The position numbers and the translations under genes were made by a program. Shown here one piece after another: positions 59,781 to 64,000 of a DNA stretch of 64,000 bases (the stretch's first letter is position 1; every line of letters starts with the position of its first letter). This stretch comes from Spirochaetia bacterium (GTDB taxonomy: Bacteria > Spirochaetota > Spirochaetia > DSM-2461). The DNA is taken from the NCBI GenBank assembly GCA_963668315.1, contig OY764216.1:4544001-4608000 (forward strand). Reading direction: 5' to 3'. The notes below the pieces were generated by a model that saw only the letters and a program-made list of their open reading frames with translations, made no database searches and had not been told where the DNA came from.

Positions 59781-59863
59781 GACATATCTTTTCCAATAAA
59801 TACCATCGGTCATTATTAATATCCCTTAACAGATGTTTAGTCAAGTATGGAATGGACTGACAT

Positions 59864-61063
59864 TCAAAAACTGATACTTCCCCTGATCCAAAGAGCTGAA
59901 ATTTCTTCCATGGAACCGAATGCGCCGTCGCCTGTCGGCCCCGGAAGATAAAGATCGCATCCTAATGTGCCATGGAAACCATCGGATATATCCCACTCGG
60001 TTTCAAAAGAGGAAGCGCTGTCTCCATCAACCAGGTGTACCATGGATGATAACGTAACGGTGACAATTTCACAGAACAGTGTTTTGGATACATTTAGAGT
60101 ACAAGCCGGTTCTCTCAGATTGCGGGTGTATGTGTCGTTGCTGGAAAGAATGATATCTTCATAATACTGGGCGGTAAGAGTCCAACCGCCAGAAGGATTC
60201 CAATCTAAACCGGCAAGGACAAGAATCTGCGTCTCTTCCCCGTAACCGGAACCGTTTGAATATTCAAAGCGCTCCCCCCCGATCAAGGCCCCTTCACCCC
60301 GCAGAAGAATAGCCCTGACCGGTACTGCCATATCGACCCCACCCATTATTATGCGGTAGTATTCCGGGGTCAGCCTTACCATTGAGCCGTCCAATTCACT
60401 GATGAACACCGCATCATCTTCCCAGCCGGAAAAACAGGAAAAACTTAAATCCATGAAGGGCAGGAAAAAAGAGAGATGGGCTGCCCATTCACTTTCTGAT
60501 AACTTGTCGGGACGATTCCCCTCATCCACTTCGTGATCGGCTTCTCCGGGAAAATAGAGGGAATAATAGGGGTCGTTCTCATCTTCAGGCAGCTCAGAAG
60601 GGGAAAACAGGGGAATCCAGACGGCTTCCGCCGTGTAGGATATACCAAACTGCCTTAACTTAATACCGCTTACCGGCTGAACATCCCCCCGATAGTCCCG
60701 GGGGCAGAGAATATCGGTTATTTGAATCCCATCGGCTTTCCCCCAGGAGATTACCTGCCGTCCAGCCCTGATATCGAATGAGGCGCCGCTGTATTCAAGA
60801 AAGACATCTCCCAGAGTTACATGGCTGTCTTCGGGAACGAGAAGGTCATATTCTCCCTGTAACTCCGCCTTGATAAACAACGGGCCTCCATATCCCTCCC
60901 ACAGAGGAGAGAAACGTACCTCCGAAGCTGAGACGGCCTGCGGCTCCCGTAGAAACCCTCCGTAAAGAATATCCAGGTCACCGCCGAAATCCCAATCGGT
61001 CTGTGCCGTCAGTGATAATGCAAAGAAAATGAAGATAAAAACGACAGAACAAAGACTCCTCAT
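59864..61063 (-). CDS. Putative outer-membrane beta-barrel (DUF1302-like)
   Basis: Signal peptide; GRQVISWGKADG; C-terminal Phe. Confidence 0.7.
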   Translation of the reverse strand: MRSLCSVVFIFIFFALSLTAQTDWDFGGDLDILYGGFLREPQAVSASEVRFSPLWEGYGGPLFIKAELQGEYDLLVPEDSHVTLGDVFLEYSGASFDIRAGRQVISWGKADGIQITDILCPRDYRGDVQPVSGIKLRQFGISYTAEAVWIPLFSPSELPEDENDPYYSLYFPGEADHEVDEGNRPDKLSESEWAAHLSFFLPFMDLSFSCFSGWEDDAVFISELDGSMVRLTPEYYRIIMGGVDMAVPVRAILLRGEGALIGGERFEYSNGSGYGEETQILVLAGLDWNPSGGWTLTAQYYEDIILSSNDTYTRNLREPACTLNVSKTLFCEIVTVTLSSMVHLVDGDSASSFETEWDISDGFHGTLGCDLYLPGPTGDGAFGSMEEISALWIRGSISF

Positions 61064-61848
61064 CTGATCCTGCCTCTTTCCAGTGTCGCCACTGCGAAAA
61101 GTGTGTCCTGGACAGGTATGTTAAACTGGACATCGTCAAATTCAAGAATAGTCCTGTGGGCCTTCTGGAGATTATTCATCTCCATACGCCTTGCGGTCCA
61201 GACTCCGTTAATCTCCTCTATCTCAGAACTCTCCAGGATCTTCATGAGATTGCCCTGCCTGTCATAGAACTCGACTTTTACGGGAATAAGCACGTCTTCC
61301 CGTATCCAGCTGACCTTTTTGGAATAGATGTATCCGCTTTCCAGGGGAGTAGACTCAACAACCCAGCAGGGTTCTCCGCAGACATTCTCTTCCTTCAGGA
61401 ACTCATGCCTGTCCTCCTCCACATCCCTGTCACCCATATCGTCATAGGTGAAATCGGTGCCCATGAAGTAGTCATTCCGCGAAGATCCGGAAATTCGCCT
61501 GGACTTCCTCACGGCGGGAAGAAAAAGCCACGTGTCATCATCCCGGCCCCTTTCATCATAGGAGTAGGAAAGATACCCCACTCCCTCCACATCTGCCGGC
61601 TCCCTGAAAACCATGACCGTTTTCTCGTCCTCCCCGTACTTTTTTGTATAGGACAGCATGCTTCTTACCCTTTCGCTGTTCCGGTCATTGATAAGCTTTA
61701 TTGTAGTTATCTGCTTTCCCGAGTCTCCGCCGTAACGCCCGTCCACTTTATTCATGATCTCCTCTCCACTCAAAGAATCGGCCGAGGCCGAAATCAGCGG
61801 AAAGGCCAATAGTGCCAATGGCATAATTACTTGTAAAACCCTTTTCAT
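61060..61848 (-). CDS. LolA-like outer membrane lipoprotein-sorting protein
   Basis: FREPADVEG, WLFLPAVRKSRRI and FMGTDFTYDD motifs. Confidence 0.88.
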   Translation of the reverse strand: MKRVLQVIMPLALLAFPLISASADSLSGEEIMNKVDGRYGGDSGKQITTIKLINDRNSERVRSMLSYTKKYGEDEKTVMVFREPADVEGVGYLSYSYDERGRDDDTWLFLPAVRKSRRISGSSRNDYFMGTDFTYDDMGDRDVEEDRHEFLKEENVCGEPCWVVESTPLESGYIYSKKVSWIREDVLIPVKVEFYDRQGNLMKILESSEIEEINGVWTARRMEMNNLQKAHRTILEFDDVQFNIPVQDTLFAVATLERGRIR

Positions 61849-64000
61849 TAAAGATATCCTCCCATCGCGGTAATTTTTCTGTCATTTGTAGTTTTATCTC
61901 CCGGGTATTCCTTCCCAAAGGGTTTGGTCAGAAGAATAAGGGCGGGTGTCATGGTATAATCGGCGACCAGGGCTGCGCACAGTCCCAATGGTCCAAGAAT
62001 CCCAACGTTGCGCATGGTCTGAACCGGCGACAGACTGTAGGCGGCAAAGGAAAAGGAAAGTATCACCGTGGTCATGGCCAGAGTTTTTCCTATGGAAACC
62101 AGAGCGTTGGAAACGGATTGCCGATAGTCACCGCAGCGCTCAAACTCATACTTAATCTGATTGATAAAATGGATTGTATCGTCCACGGCTATCCCCAGCA
62201 GCATGGGCATGATGATCATGGTCATCATATCCAGCTGGAAGTTGAAATATCCCATAACGCCCCCTATGACAAGGACCGGGGAGATATTGGGGATAAGACC
62301 TATAAGCCCTGTTGAAAAGCTGGTAAAAACAAGGGCGAGAAGCATGCCTATGATGACCAGCGCGATGAGGAAAGACTTGAGTTCGGCTATGACGATCTTA
62401 TCGTTCAGCCTGGCGAACCGTACCACGCTCCCCACCACCGTAAGCTCCGCTTCGGGGAAAAGCTCCCGGCCCATCCGGTCAATCACTTCCAACTCACTGG
62501 CGACTTCCGAAGAATCGAATCGTGATATCTCGACCTGCGCCCTGAGTAGAGAGTACTCCTCGTCTACCCACTGATATGTATCGGACCCCCCGGAAATCTC
62601 GTAAAGAAACAGTATCTGAGCTATCAAATCCCTGCTGTCCGGTATCTTGTAGTATTCCCCGTTGTCCCCGTTCAGTGTCTGGTTCATATCCTTTACAATG
62701 TCGAGAAGAGAAAAAATCTTTGGGACACCCGATGTTTTTTTTGTCAGATCGAACCGGCCTATCTCGCCAAGTAGCGAATCGAAATGCTTCAGGACTTCCG
62801 GTTCTTTCACAGCGTCGGGATCATCGAATTTAACGGTAACATTATAGTTCAGATAGGAGCCGAGCTGGGAGTTGACAATGGAATGGAGCCTTCGGATATA
62901 AGGGATCTTCAGTCCCATGAATTTGAAGCTGTCCATGTTAACTTCTATCTTCAGAATTCCGGGAACGGCGGCGACGGCTAAAAGGACGAACACCATTATA
63001 ATGAGTTTACTCCTTTTCATTACTCCGTCCCCCAAGGCTAAAAATGCCTTATCCGCCCGGCTGTGTACTGTTACGAACCCTCTGCCTTTTTCGTAATAAT
63101 CCCTGCCGAAGCTGAAAAGGATGGGTATCAGAATTATGACATAGAGGAAAACGGCCAATACCAATGCTGCACAGGTCAGGCCGAGCCATCGGACGGGTTC
63201 TATCCTGATGAAGGCAAAGGAGCACATGGAACCGATCGTGGTTAATACGGTGAACAATATGGGCCATCCCGTTTTTTCCACGGCAGAAATTATTGCTTCA
63301 CGGCGGCTTTTTCCCTGACGGAAGAGTCTTTTGAAGGAGTTGACCAGATGGATAGAATATCCCACGGACAGAGCCATTCCCAAAAGCAAGGGCAAAGTCA
63401 TGAGCATGGAATCTATGCCGATGTTCAGCCAGCCCATAGTCCCGAAAACCACGCCGATTCCTGCTCCGGTAGTAAACAGGGGAACGGCGACTCCCCGAAA
63501 AGAACGCAGAAAAACCGTCAAAAGCAGTATCATTACGGCGAATCCGCTTATCACACGGGTACTGGCTTCGGTGGCCATGAAGTCCCTCTCTTCCGTTTCC
63601 GTATAGGGCATGCCCGCCGCTTTTATAGTGTAAGCATCGCTTACCCAGCGGGGATCGGTCACAACGGCAATAGCCGCTTCACCCGCCTCGTACATGGGAT
63701 CTTTCCCGGTCTTCTTCCATTCCCCCTCTTCGGGATACTCCCTCAGCGAAAGACTAATCCAGGTTTCGGTTCCGTCTTCGGAAACAAGTTTGTTAACCAG
63801 GGAAGAGCGGGACAGAACGAAATTACGGATATTTTGAAGCGTTTGCGGATCGGAAGGAATGATATCCCCAACAGGGTTAACAACAGCAATGCCCTCTTCA
63901 TTTCCGACAGACACATCCACTTCCGTCAAAGACGTGATACTGTCAGCATAGGGGACTTTCAGAAGGAGCTCGTCCCCCATTTCGCGTATCATCGCAAGGA
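61848..64000 (-). CDS. MMPL/RND-family transporter (5' end outside the window)
   Basis: GIAVDDTIH motif and two TM bundles; the frame is open to the window edge. Confidence 0.9.
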   Translation of the reverse strand, partial: LAMIREMGDELLLKVPYADSITSLTEVDVSVGNEEGIAVVNPVGDIIPSDPQTLQNIRNFVLSRSSLVNKLVSEDGTETWISLSLREYPEEGEWKKTGKDPMYEAGEAAIAVVTDPRWVSDAYTIKAAGMPYTETEERDFMATEASTRVISGFAVMILLLTVFLRSFRGVAVPLFTTGAGIGVVFGTMGWLNIGIDSMLMTLPLLLGMALSVGYSIHLVNSFKRLFRQGKSRREAIISAVEKTGWPILFTVLTTIGSMCSFAFIRIEPVRWLGLTCAALVLAVFLYVIILIPILFSFGRDYYEKGRGFVTVHSRADKAFLALGDGVMKRSKLIIMVFVLLAVAAVPGILKIEVNMDSFKFMGLKIPYIRRLHSIVNSQLGSYLNYNVTVKFDDPDAVKEPEVLKHFDSLLGEIGRFDLTKKTSGVPKIFSLLDIVKDMNQTLNGDNGEYYKIPDSRDLIAQILFLYEISGGSDTYQWVDEEYSLLRAQVEISRFDSSEVASELEVIDRMGRELFPEAELTVVGSVVRFARLNDKIVIAELKSFLIALVIIGMLLALVFTSFSTGLIGLIPNISPVLVIGGVMGYFNFQLDMMTMIIMPMLLGIAVDDTIHFINQIKYEFERCGDYRQSVSNALVSIGKTLAMTTVILSFSFAAYSLSPVQTMRNVGILGPLGLCAALVADYTMTPALILLTKPFGKEYPGDKTTNDRKITAMGGYL

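Overview
Mosaic accessory region of a bacterial chromosome. A free-living spirochaete is the most likely host, inferred from the solute-binding protein N-termini, the TolC/RND operon with a PG0541-type gene, and the attC-like repeat styles. From left to right: a sugar-binding protein gene truncated by an IS3 element; an integrase-less integron-like cassette array (about 2.7-5.6 kb) with two types of attC-like site, one nested inside another; an HD-GYP gene; an aldo/keto-reductase, flavodoxin and MATE cluster with a divergent AraC gene; lysG/lysE-like genes; a WYL regulator next to a hydrolase-fold protein that lacks the catalytic Ser; ROK-MFS-TetR; an AraC, carbohydrate ABC and GH28 locus; a 13.6-kb block bounded by ~320-bp direct repeats (two-component system, TolC-MFP-RND, diguanylate cyclase, and twin TetR genes flanked by two putative membrane enzymes); the 3' half of a tRNA-Met with att-like features and a tRNA-linked repeat; a frameshifted IS256; flavodoxin/DUF2023 behind a riboswitch-like leader; an Fe3+-type ABC importer; fur plus DUF5320; and a siderophore-import-like cluster with MMPL and LolA-like genes that runs off the right edge. 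No CRISPR array, rRNA, complete tRNA or integrase was seen. All product calls come from motif recognition, not database searches.
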